From positions 52 to 64,051 of the forward strand of contig JBKPAJ010000045.1 of NCBI GenBank assembly GCA_046726375.1: a DNA stretch of 64,000 nt, given 5' to 3'. Below, piece by piece: positions 48,309 through 56,593 of this stretch. This DNA comes from Acidobacteriota bacterium (GTDB lineage: Bacteria; Acidobacteriota; Vicinamibacteria; Vicinamibacterales; UBA2999). The notes under the pieces are model-generated. The model had not been told where the DNA came from, ran no database searches, and saw only the letters and a program-made list of their open reading frames with translations. The position numbers and the translations under genes are program-made. Numbering within the stretch: position 1 is the first letter of the stretch; each line of letters opens with the position of its first letter.

Positions 48309-48578
48309 CTACTGCAGTCGCGGCGGGACTGGCAGCCATTCGCGGGACGCGTAATCGGCCATCGTGAGGCCCAGCAGGATAAACAGGAAGCAGAACCCTG
48401 AAACCACGACGAGCTTCGTCAGCCGGCTGCTGTACTTCACGTGCATGAAGTACAGAACCACCAGTGTCGCCTTGATCGACGCGATCCCGAGCGCCACTAT
48501 CTTGTTCAACTCTCCAAGGTTCACGTAGGCGACGAGCAGGTAATGGTCGTGAGGACCATCAGCGTGAGAAGATGACAA
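48309..48578 (-). CDS. Prokaryotic cytochrome c oxidase subunit IV-like small membrane protein (orphan, possibly N-terminally shortened)
   Basis: The stretch LNKIVALGIASIKATLVVLYFMHVKYSSRLTKLVVVSGFCFLFILLGLTMADY matches the COX4_pro pattern. The first helix appears short. Confidence 0.55.
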   Translation of the reverse strand: MSSSHADGPHDHYLLVAYVNLGELNKIVALGIASIKATLVVLYFMHVKYSSRLTKLVVVSGFCFLFILLGLTMADYASREWLPVPPRLQ

Positions 48579-48867
48579 CGTCGGACTTGACCGAGGCGAT
48601 GCACTCCAGTCCGTTCGTTGACGAGACGTCGACGTTGTGCATCTGGAACCTTGACGTGAAGCTGACCACAGGCGATGAGATGCGCGACCGCATCATCGAC
48701 GCGCTTGACCCTCGTCCGAGTTCGTGGATAAGATCGCAGCCTCAATCGACGGGATCTCGGTCCTCCCCTTCGGCAAATTCTTTGGGGGCGCGAAGGTGTG
48801 TCATCACAGTTCCATCGCGGACTCGCGGCCTGGGCAACTGTCCTCCAGCGCCCCGGAGTCCTAGCCG

Positions 48868-49515
48868 TTGGCCCAGATTTTTCCCCCTTGGTGGAACAAG
48901 CTGCCGATCGTCGCCGCCATCGCGGGCGTCCTCGCGCCGACGCTCGCCGTCGCGGGCGTCTGGTACTACTTTTCCCCGTGGTACACAGACGTTGGCTACC
49001 GTCCGGTTCAGCCCGTCCCGTACAGCCACAGGCTCCACGTCGGCGAGCTTGGTCTCGATTGCCGCTACTGTCACGCCTCGGTCGAGATTTCTAACGTCGC
49101 CAACGTTCCGCCCACACAGACGTGCTTGAACTGCCATCAGACCGTGAAGCGGGACAGCCCGCTGCTCGCACCGATTCGGGACAGCGCCCAGAGTGGCCGG
49201 CCGATGCACTGGATTCGCATTCACAAGCTTCCCGACTATGCCTATTTCACACACCGCGCGCACGTGTCGGCAGGAATCGGCTGCGTGACCTGCCACGGCC
49301 GCATCGACGAAATGGAAACGGTCACCCAGATGACGCCGCTCAGCATGAGCTGGTGCCTCGACTGCCACCGCAACCCGGGTCCGAATAGACGCCCGGTCTC
49401 GGAAGTCACCAACATGAAGTGGACGCCTCCGCGGGACATACAAGCGCTCACGGCGCAGCTCGACCGCGAACGACCGGTCAATCCGCCGACTGAGTGTTCG
49501 GGGTGCCACCGGTGA
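48868..49515 (+). CDS. actA: Alternative complex III subunit ActA-like pentahaem cytochrome c
   Basis: An N-terminal TM helix is followed by VGYRPVQPVPYSHRLHVGELGLDCRYCH. Five CxxCH motifs are present (CRYCH, CLNCH, CVTCH, CLDCH, CSGCH). The start codon is TTG. Confidence 0.85.
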   Translation: MAQIFPPWWNKLPIVAAIAGVLAPTLAVAGVWYYFSPWYTDVGYRPVQPVPYSHRLHVGELGLDCRYCHASVEISNVANVPPTQTCLNCHQTVKRDSPLLAPIRDSAQSGRPMHWIRIHKLPDYAYFTHRAHVSAGIGCVTCHGRIDEMETVTQMTPLSMSWCLDCHRNPGPNRRPVSEVTNMKWTPPRDIQALTAQLDRERPVNPPTECSGCHR

Positions 49516-52500
49516 GTCGGACCTACTGGCGAAGTCTCGCGCAGATCGAGGACCGCCCCGAATTCCGCGCCGCTCTCGAGCGCGAATTCCCGGAGGGTGC
49601 CTCGGAGCTTCCTGCAGGGATCACCCGGCGCGAAATGATGATGCTCGTGGGTGCCTCGCTGTCGCTCGCGGGGCTCGCGGGGTGCCGGCGCCCGGTCGAA
49701 GAGATTGTCCCCTTCGTCACCGCTCCCGAGGAGATCGTCCCCGGGATCCCGCGCTACTACGCCACGACAATGCCGTTCGGCCGGAGCGCCTACGGCCTGA
49801 TCGTCGAGAGCCACGAAGGGCGACCGACCAAGATCGAGGGAAACCCCGCGCACCCCTCGACCCTCGGAGCCTCCAGCTCGCGCGTCCAGGCATCCGTGCT
49901 CGGCCTCTACGATCCTGACCGCTCGCAAGCCGTCAGGTTGAAAGGGGAGCGGAAGGCCTGGAGCGATTTCGTGACCGCTTGGGGACCGCTGTCCGAGGCT
50001 CATGCAGCGGATGGGGGCGCCGGCCTTGCGGTCCTCTGCGAGTCCTTCTCCTCGCCAACTCTGGCGCGCTTGGGCGTCGAACTCCGTGCTCGCTATCCGA
50101 AAGTACAGTGGGCGACCTACGACGCCGTCAGCGACGAGAACCGGCTCGCTGGTCTGCGGTCCGCCACGGGGCGCGGCCTCGACCTCATGCTCCGGCTCGA
50201 TCAAGCGTCCGTCATCCTCACCCTCGACGCCGACCCGCTCCTGACCGACCCCGAGATGATCCGTCACACCCGGGACTTCGCGGCCGGAAGGCGTGCCGGA
50301 GCCTCGGGTGGCGCGATGAACCGACTCTACGCTGTGGAAGGGGTCTACTCGCTGACGGGAGCCATGGCGGATCATCGGCTTCGTCTCGAGAGCCGCCAGA
50401 TCGCGCCCTTCCTCGCCGCCCTCGCTGTACGCCTTGCTCCGCCCGCGGCTGGAGCCGCGATCCAAGCGGCAGCGAGCGTCCCGGGTGTCGACCCGCGCTG
50501 GATCGACGCGCTTGCCAAGGACCTTCTGGCGAACCGCGGCAAGGGGTTGATCGTGGCTGGGGAACGCCAGCCCGCCGCCGTCCATGCCGCCGTCTGCGCC
50601 CTGAACACGTATCTCGGCAATACCGGCAGGACGGTCACCTACTTCGAGACGAAGGACGCGGCGCTTCCGAGCGTGAGCTCGCTGGCCTCGCTCGCCTCCG
50701 CGATGAAAGCGGGATCGGTCCAGACGCTGGTCGTCCTCGGCGGCAATCCTGTGTTCGATGCCCCCGCCGATCTCGACTTCGCGTCGGCCATGGCGAAGGT
50801 CCCTCACTCGATCGCGCTCGGGCACACGGTCGACGAAACATCCTCCAACGCGGAGTGGCATATCCCTCGTGCTCACTACCTCGAATCGTGGGGAGACGCG
50901 CGCGCGATAGGAGGCGCGCTCAGCGTCGTGCAGCCGCTGATCCTCCCCCTGTTTGGCGGACGAAGTCCCGTTGAAGTGCTGGGGCTGATGGTCGGGGGCA
51001 AGGATAGTCCCGGCTACGACATCGTGCGCGAGACCTGGAAACCGATCCTCGGCGAGGGCGAGTTCGACAAGAAGTGGAACCGCGTCCTGCACGATGGATT
51101 CCTTGCCGGCAGCGAGCTTCCCGAAGTCCTTCCGGATCTCACCAAGGAGCCCTTTGCCGATCTCGCGCGCCTGATCGGAGGCGCGAGCGGAGCCGGATCC
51201 CGGGCCGATGCGGGATCTCCGGGTGGCCTGGAGATCGTGTTTCTCCCATCCCCGTGTCTTCACGACGGCCGATTCGCCAATAACGGGTGGCTGCAGGAGC
51301 TTCCCGATCCCCTCACCAAAATCACGTGGGACAACCCCGCGCTCGTGAGCCCCAAGACCGCCCAGTCACTCGGTCTTGCGAATGAGGAAGTAGTCCGTCT
51401 CGATTATGCGGGCCGCTCGCTCGAGCTCCCCATCTGGATCCTCCCCGGCATGGCCGACGGCGTGGTGGCCCTCACCCTCGGCTACGGTCGTCAGCGCGCA
51501 GGGCGGATTGGGTCCGGGGTCGGGTTCGACACGTTCATGGTCCGATCGTCCCGCGCAACTGGCTTCGACAACGGCGTCAAACTTACCAGGCTCGGACGCA
51601 AGTACCCGCTTTCACCGACGCAGGACCACGGCAGCATGGAGGGCCGTCCCCTCGTCCGCGAGTCGACGCTGGCCGAGCTTCGATCGGACCCGGCCTCGCA
51701 GTCAGCACGAGCCGAGAGCGCGCATGAGGGGAGTTCGCCACAGGCCCCCAAAGGAGGAGGAGTCCCCGGCACACTTGGCGTCTTCGAGGAGGAACCGCAT
51801 CACTTCTCACTCTGGAAGGAGCATACCTACGATCAGGGCCACCAGTGGGGGATGACCATCGACTTGAACGCCTGCATCGGCTGCAACGCGTGCATGACGG
51901 CGTGCCAGAGCGAGAATAACGTGCCGGTTGTCGGCAAGATCCAGGTTGCGAAACAGCGCGAGATGCACTGGCTGCGGGTCGACCGGTACTTCTCCGGCGA
52001 GCCCTCCGGCAGCCCGGAGGTCGTTTTCCAGCCAGTTCCCTGCATGCAGTGCGAGGATGCCCCTTGCGAGCAGGTCTGCCCCGTGGCCGCGACCGTCCAC
52101 GACAGGGAGGGCCTCAATGTGATGGTCTACAACCGGTGCATCGGGACCCGATACTGCTCGAACAACTGTCCCTACAAGGTTCGCCGCTTCAATTTTTTCA
52201 ACTTCACCAAGGACACGCCCGACATCCTCAAACTCGCGATGAACCCGGACGTCACGGTCCGCGCGAGGGGCGTCATGGAGAAGTGCACCTACTGCACGCA
52301 GAGGATCAGTCGGGCGAAGATCGATGCGAAGCTCGCGGGGCGCGCGCTCCGTGACGGCGACGTCAAGACGGCCTGCCAGCAGGCCTGCCCGGCCTCGGCC
52401 ATCGAGTTCGGAGATCTTCGGGACGCGTCGAGCCGGGTCGTGAAGGCGAAGGCCGACCCGCGCAACTACGCGCTCCTCGACGAGCTGAATACCAGGCCAA

Positions 52501-52607
52501 GGACGACCTATCTGGCCAAGGTGCGCAACCCGAATCCGGACCTCGAGGGCGCGCGGACCGACGCGGGAGCCTGGCCCGCAGAGAAGGAAGAAAGGCCCGT
52601 TTCATGA
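49512..52607 (+). CDS. actB: Alternative complex III subunit ActB-like (Tat-exported molybdopterin-oxidoreductase-like domain fused to a 4Fe-4S ferredoxin domain)
   Basis: The N-terminus is YWRSLAQIEDRPEF, the Tat signal is ITRREMMMLVGASLSLAG, and HEGRPTKIEGNPAHP is present. The ferredoxin half has CIGCNACMTAC, CMQCEDAPCEQVCP, CIGTRYCSNNCPYKVRRFNFF and CQQACP. A GTG start overlaps the actA stop. Confidence 0.9.
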   Translation: MSRTYWRSLAQIEDRPEFRAALEREFPEGASELPAGITRREMMMLVGASLSLAGLAGCRRPVEEIVPFVTAPEEIVPGIPRYYATTMPFGRSAYGLIVESHEGRPTKIEGNPAHPSTLGASSSRVQASVLGLYDPDRSQAVRLKGERKAWSDFVTAWGPLSEAHAADGGAGLAVLCESFSSPTLARLGVELRARYPKVQWATYDAVSDENRLAGLRSATGRGLDLMLRLDQASVILTLDADPLLTDPEMIRHTRDFAAGRRAGASGGAMNRLYAVEGVYSLTGAMADHRLRLESRQIAPFLAALAVRLAPPAAGAAIQAAASVPGVDPRWIDALAKDLLANRGKGLIVAGERQPAAVHAAVCALNTYLGNTGRTVTYFETKDAALPSVSSLASLASAMKAGSVQTLVVLGGNPVFDAPADLDFASAMAKVPHSIALGHTVDETSSNAEWHIPRAHYLESWGDARAIGGALSVVQPLILPLFGGRSPVEVLGLMVGGKDSPGYDIVRETWKPILGEGEFDKKWNRVLHDGFLAGSELPEVLPDLTKEPFADLARLIGGASGAGSRADAGSPGGLEIVFLPSPCLHDGRFANNGWLQELPDPLTKITWDNPALVSPKTAQSLGLANEEVVRLDYAGRSLELPIWILPGMADGVVALTLGYGRQRAGRIGSGVGFDTFMVRSSRATGFDNGVKLTRLGRKYPLSPTQDHGSMEGRPLVRESTLAELRSDPASQSARAESAHEGSSPQAPKGGGVPGTLGVFEEEPHHFSLWKEHTYDQGHQWGMTIDLNACIGCNACMTACQSENNVPVVGKIQVAKQREMHWLRVDRYFSGEPSGSPEVVFQPVPCMQCEDAPCEQVCPVAATVHDREGLNVMVYNRCIGTRYCSNNCPYKVRRFNFFNFTKDTPDILKLAMNPDVTVRARGVMEKCTYCTQRISRAKIDAKLAGRALRDGDVKTACQQACPASAIEFGDLRDASSRVVKAKADPRNYALLDELNTRPRTTYLAKVRNPNPDLEGARTDAGAWPAEKEERPVS

Positions 52608-53209
52608 ACGTCCGCACACGTCGCGTGCTGGGCGCGCTCGCGTTGACCTCTCTTTTCGCCCTCCCCGGCTGCGCGCGCGGCTGCACGTCGAGCCGTCCTC
52701 CCATCCATCTCAACCCGAGCATGGACGACCAGCCGAAGGTCCTCTCGCAGACGGCCAGCGATTTCTTCTTCAACGGTGCGTCCATGCGCGAGCCCGTTCC
52801 GGGAACGGTCCCGATCGGCGGGCTGAAGGAAGACACGGCCTTCTTCACCGGAAAGGGGGCGGACGGACAGTTCGTCGCGGCGATCCCCCATCCCGTGGAC
52901 GAAGCGCTTCTCGAGCGCGGCCGCCAGCGCTACGCGATCTACTGCCAGCCTTGCCACGACGCTCGAGGGGACGGCAAGGGGATCCTGTTCCAGCGAGGCA
53001 ACGTCCCCACCGCTACATTCCACCAGGACAAGATCCTGAACTACACGGACGGGCAGATCTTCGACGTCATCACGAACGGGGTAGGGCTGATGCCGGCGTA
53101 CCGCTGGCCGATCCCTCCTGCGGACAGGTGGGCGATCATCGCCCACGTGCGAGAGCTCCAGCGCAAGCGCCAGGCGAGCGCCACTGTCGCGCCCGCGGGT
53201 ATCAAGTGA
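52604..53209 (+). CDS. actE: ActE-like lipoprotein monohaem cytochrome c
   Basis: It has a lipobox-like FALPGC and a single CQPCH. The motifs GVGLMPAY and DRWAIIAHVRELQ are present. The start overlaps the actB stop (ATGA). Confidence 0.75.
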   Translation: MNVRTRRVLGALALTSLFALPGCARGCTSSRPPIHLNPSMDDQPKVLSQTASDFFFNGASMREPVPGTVPIGGLKEDTAFFTGKGADGQFVAAIPHPVDEALLERGRQRYAIYCQPCHDARGDGKGILFQRGNVPTATFHQDKILNYTDGQIFDVITNGVGLMPAYRWPIPPADRWAIIAHVRELQRKRQASATVAPAGIK

Positions 53210-53223
53210 GTGAGGGAGGCACC

Positions 53224-55158
53224 ATGTCCAATGGCGTGATGAACGGCGCGATGAACCGGAAGGTGTTGTTCCTTCTCGGTCCCGTCACCGTCCTGGTGAT
53301 GTTCGCCGCGGTAGTGTGGATGGCTTCGCAACTGGTGAGCCGCGAGTACAGGGAGCCTTACCGAGCCCCTGCCGCGACCGCGGACCCGACGCCACGCACG
53401 GAAGGACTGGTCGCCGAAAGGGCCGATGCGGAGGCGAAGGCGCGGGCGAAGCCATACGAAGAGGTCGAATACCGGACTGTTCCGGTTGTCGGAAGCCGCG
53501 TGGCCATCTGGGCGGTCGCGCAACTCCACCTGCTATTTGCGGCGTTCGTCCTTGCCGTCCCAATCTTCGCGTTCATCATCGAGGTGATTGGCTACAAGAC
53601 CGGAGATCTGCGATACGACCGGCTCGCGTACGAGTTCACAAAGCTGCTCTCCACCTCCTTCTCACTCACCGCAACCTTCGGAGCGTTCCTGACGTTCATG
53701 CTCATCATTCTGTATCCGAAGTTCACGAACTACCTGATGAGCGTGTTCTCCCCCACCTTTCTGCCGTACGTGCTGCTCTTCTTCGCCGAGGCCTTCTTCC
53801 TCTACACCTATTACTACGGCTGGGGGAAGTTCCATCCCTTGGTTCATCTTGGCCTGGGGCTCGGCCTCAACCTCGTGGGCACGGGGATCATGCTCATTGC
53901 CAACGCCTGGCTCACGTTCATGATGTCGCCGCGGGGGGTTTCGGACCAAGGGGCGGTTCTCTCCGTCTGGGACGCGGTCTACAACCACACGTGGATGCCG
54001 ATCAACGTCCATCGCGTCATCGCGAACATCGCGTTCGGCGGATCGGTCGCGGCCGCCTACGCCGCCTTCAAGTTCCTGCAGGCGGAAACCGACGAGGACC
54101 GGGCGCACTACGACTGGATGGGTTACATCGGTAACTTCGTCGCGATCAGCGCCTTCCTCCCGCTTCCCTTCGCCGGCTACTGGCTCGCGAAGGAGATCTA
54201 CGCGTTCTCGCAGACGCTCGGGCTTACGATGATGGGCGGGGCTTTCTCGTGGCTCTTCATCATCCAGGCCGTATTGATTGGGAACCTTTTCCTCGCCGCC
54301 AATTACTATCTCTGGCTCGGGATGGGGCGGGTCGAGGGGGTGCAGCCGCTTCAGAAGGTCATTAAGTACCTTCTCATCGGGATTGCGCTCTGCTTCGCGG
54401 TCTGGGCGACGCCGCGGTCGATCATCGCAACCGTTTCCGAACTCCGGGCAATGGGAGGGTCGACACACCCGATTCTCGGTTACCTCGGTGTCATGTCGGC
54501 CAAGAACACCGCCGTGAACATCCTGATCCTCACGACGTTCATGAGCTTCCTTCTATATCGCCGGACGGGAAAGGTCGCCACGGTCGCGTGGGCAAAGATG
54601 GGGCATGCGGCGCAGCTCACCATCTTCGCGGGTGCCGCGATCTTCGTCATCTTCCTCGGCATCTATGGGTACTTCGTCGAGGCAACGGTCCGGATCGGTC
54701 TGTCCGTGCCGCAAGTCAGCTCGGTTCTCGTCGCCATGGTGTCGATCACGGCCATCGACCTCTTCCTCTTCCGCGGGGCGAGGAAGACGGGCGAGGTACG
54801 GTGGGGAAGGATGCCCGCGGTCTCCCAGTACGTGCTGATCTTCATCGCGGTCACCTTCACCTGGCTCATGGGGCTCATGGGCTACGTTCGCTCCGGGCTC
54901 CGTCAGCATTGGCACGTGTACGGCGTCATTCGTGACAACTCGGCCGACGCGTTCACGCCCACCCTTGGGTTCGCGACGCGGGTTATCTCGGTGACCGTTC
55001 TCGCGTTCTTCCTCTTGATCGGGTTCGTGTTCTGGATCACGAGCCTGCATGACCGGCCCGATTTCAAGGCGGCCAAGGCCCGCCTCCGCCCACACTCTGA
55101 CGAGATGGAGCCGGAGTTCGCCATGGAAACGGCAGCCGAACATAGGCAGACGTCATGA
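53224..55158 (+). CDS. Cytochrome bd-like (CydA-family) ~14-TM membrane protein without a recognisable Q-loop
   Basis: By-eye alignment to E. coli CydA gives AVAQLHLLFAAFVLAVP ~ LTAMYHFLFVPLTLG, FFAEAFFLYTYYYGWGKF ~ FFLESTFVGLFFFGWDRL, LIANAWLTFMMSP ~ LVANGWMQNP, and INVHRVIANIAFGG ~ KFVHTVASGYVTG. A GAGGGAGG RBS precedes the ATG at 53224. Confidence 0.75.
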   Translation: MSNGVMNGAMNRKVLFLLGPVTVLVMFAAVVWMASQLVSREYREPYRAPAATADPTPRTEGLVAERADAEAKARAKPYEEVEYRTVPVVGSRVAIWAVAQLHLLFAAFVLAVPIFAFIIEVIGYKTGDLRYDRLAYEFTKLLSTSFSLTATFGAFLTFMLIILYPKFTNYLMSVFSPTFLPYVLLFFAEAFFLYTYYYGWGKFHPLVHLGLGLGLNLVGTGIMLIANAWLTFMMSPRGVSDQGAVLSVWDAVYNHTWMPINVHRVIANIAFGGSVAAAYAAFKFLQAETDEDRAHYDWMGYIGNFVAISAFLPLPFAGYWLAKEIYAFSQTLGLTMMGGAFSWLFIIQAVLIGNLFLAANYYLWLGMGRVEGVQPLQKVIKYLLIGIALCFAVWATPRSIIATVSELRAMGGSTHPILGYLGVMSAKNTAVNILILTTFMSFLLYRRTGKVATVAWAKMGHAAQLTIFAGAAIFVIFLGIYGYFVEATVRIGLSVPQVSSVLVAMVSITAIDLFLFRGARKTGEVRWGRMPAVSQYVLIFIAVTFTWLMGLMGYVRSGLRQHWHVYGVIRDNSADAFTPTLGFATRVISVTVLAFFLLIGFVFWITSLHDRPDFKAAKARLRPHSDEMEPEFAMETAAEHRQTS

Positions 55159-55778
55159 TGATCCCGCACACTGTCAGGGTCGGCGCTCTCGTTATCGCAG
55201 CGACTTCGTTCTATACATACGTCGGCCAGCTGGTACCGCAGAAGGAAGTTCTGCCTCCGCAGGAGACTGTGATCAGATCCGACCTGACCACAGCCGACAT
55301 GGTCAAGGTAGGCCGCGAGATCATGGACGGCAAAGGACTCTGCTTTACCTGCCATACGATCGGCAAGACGGGGGCGCTCCGGTTCCCCGACCTCGAGGGA
55401 GTCGATGCCCGTGCGCAGAGCCGCGTCCCCGGCCTGAGCGATGTCGAGTACTTCGCTCAATCGATCTACACACCTGACGCCTTCATCGTGCCGGGATTCA
55501 ATCCGGGCATGCCCGTCATCAACAAGCCGCCGATCGGCCTCACCGATCAGGAGATCCTCTGCGTGATCGCGTACCTCCAGAGTCTTGGCGGCACGCCGAC
55601 GGTCACGCTCCAGACGAGTCACCGCTTCTACACTGCCCCGGCCACAGCCGGCGCGGCGCCAGGTGCGCCTCCGACCGCGCCGGGCGAGAAGTTGCCCCTC
55701 GTCGCTCCTCCGGCCGAGAATGCCGCGCCGGGCGCGGCGACGGTACCCGCAGCCCCCGGGAAGGCAGTGAAACAATGA
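55155..55778 (+). CDS. Membrane-anchored monohaem class-I cytochrome c with Ala/Pro-rich tail
   Basis: It has an N-terminal TM helix, a CFTCH motif, and a distal GMPVINKPP region. The tail is AGAAPGAPPTAPGEKLPLVAPPAENAAPGAA. The start overlaps the previous stop (ATGA). Confidence 0.75.
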   Translation: MMIPHTVRVGALVIAATSFYTYVGQLVPQKEVLPPQETVIRSDLTTADMVKVGREIMDGKGLCFTCHTIGKTGALRFPDLEGVDARAQSRVPGLSDVEYFAQSIYTPDAFIVPGFNPGMPVINKPPIGLTDQEILCVIAYLQSLGGTPTVTLQTSHRFYTAPATAGAAPGAPPTAPGEKLPLVAPPAENAAPGAATVPAAPGKAVKQ

Positions 55779-56593
55779 ACCTCCTCGTCGTCCTCGCCGT
55801 GGCCGCCGCGTTCGTGCTCCTTCGCTTCCGTCGGGCCAATCTGCTGATATGGGCCTGCGCCTGGTGGGTGGGGATCTATGTCCTCCTTCGATTTGGATTC
55901 ACTGCCCCGATTCCCTCCTCTGTTGTCAAGATCTACATGGGAATCAGCTCGATTGCGATCCTGGCGTACATGTCCTCCAGCCAGGAGCGTCGCCAGGAAG
56001 TCTCCCGCCCGCTGATCCGGCTCATGACCGACAGGCGGTACACAGTGCTGCTCTTCGCAATGGTCGTCGCCCTTCCGGCGCTCGCGGCCGCGAACGTTTA
56101 CGTCACCATGAACGCGCCCCTCGAGCCTCCCTTCTTCCCGCGCACGATTCATCCTGCATCGCCTTCCGAAATCACGGTTCACGACAAGAAGATCGCGATC
56201 GACACCGGAGATAGCCCCTTCCGACATCTCGAAACGTCGAGTCCGGAAGAGTTCCGCAAACATCTCGAGAACGGCCGCCGGGTCTATTACCGGAACTGCG
56301 TCTTCTGCCACGGCGACAACATGGCCGGCAACGGCATGTTCGTGCACGGGCTGAACCCGATCCCGACCAACTTCGCCGATGGGGACACGATCGCGAACCT
56401 TCGAGAGACATTTCTGTTCTGGCGAGCCGCTAAGGGAGGCCCCGGGCTGCCCGACGAAGGCGGGCCTTGGGACACGGCCATGCCCGCCTGGGAGAACTTC
56501 CTGAAGGAAGACGAGATCTGGGATGTGATCCTCTTTATCTACGATTTCACGGGCGAGAGGCCGCGCGCCAGAGAGGAGGTCGCGCAGCAATGA
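55775..56593 (+). CDS. Membrane protein (3-4 TM helices) fused to a monohaem cytochrome c domain
   Basis: Hydrophobic helices span residues 1-110. These are followed by a CVFCHGDNMAGNG motif and a distal AMPAW. The start overlaps the previous stop (ATGA). Confidence 0.7.
   Translation: MNLLVVLAVAAAFVLLRFRRANLLIWACAWWVGIYVLLRFGFTAPIPSSVVKIYMGISSIAILAYMSSSQERRQEVSRPLIRLMTDRRYTVLLFAMVVALPALAAANVYVTMNAPLEPPFFPRTIHPASPSEITVHDKKIAIDTGDSPFRHLETSSPEEFRKHLENGRRVYYRNCVFCHGDNMAGNGMFVHGLNPIPTNFADGDTIANLRETFLFWRAAKGGPGLPDEGGPWDTAMPAWENFLKEDEIWDVILFIYDFTGERPRAREEVAQQ

Noticed and set aside
49242-51263. 673-aa minus-strand ORF (and similar long antisense ORFs at 2620-3957, 3964-5541, 16146-17915, 41614-43233, 46937-48118, 58860-59927, 62755-63792)
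   Set aside because: These are shadow ORFs typical of high-GC DNA. They lie antisense to genes with strong family motifs and translate to Arg/Gly/Asp/His-rich low-complexity sequences with no recognisable domains.
49512-52607. Treating ActB as a catalytic molybdoenzyme (e.g. a polysulfide/tetrathionate/nitrate-type reductase)
   Set aside because: The N-terminal half lacks the Cys-rich FS0 motif that follows the Tat signal in catalytic Mo-bisPGD subunits. It carries the ACIII-typical YWRSL..PEF / GRPTKIEGNP signatures. Cofactor loss cannot be proven by eye, so this is left as ActB-like.
52951-53223. Long 5' extension of the bd-like ORF in the supplied track (start at 52951)
   Set aside because: The extension overlaps the actE coding frame and translates to Arg/Pro-rich nonsense. 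An ATG at 53224 with a GAGGGAGG RBS gives a sensible TM N-terminus.
53224-55158. Calling this membrane protein ActC/ActF (NrfD-like), as its position after ActB/ActE would suggest
   Set aside because: Its helices 1-5 carry CydA-type motifs (LHLLF, FFAEAFF..GWGKF, ANAW, VHRV) in CydA order. I see nothing NrfD-like. The call still needs HMM confirmation.
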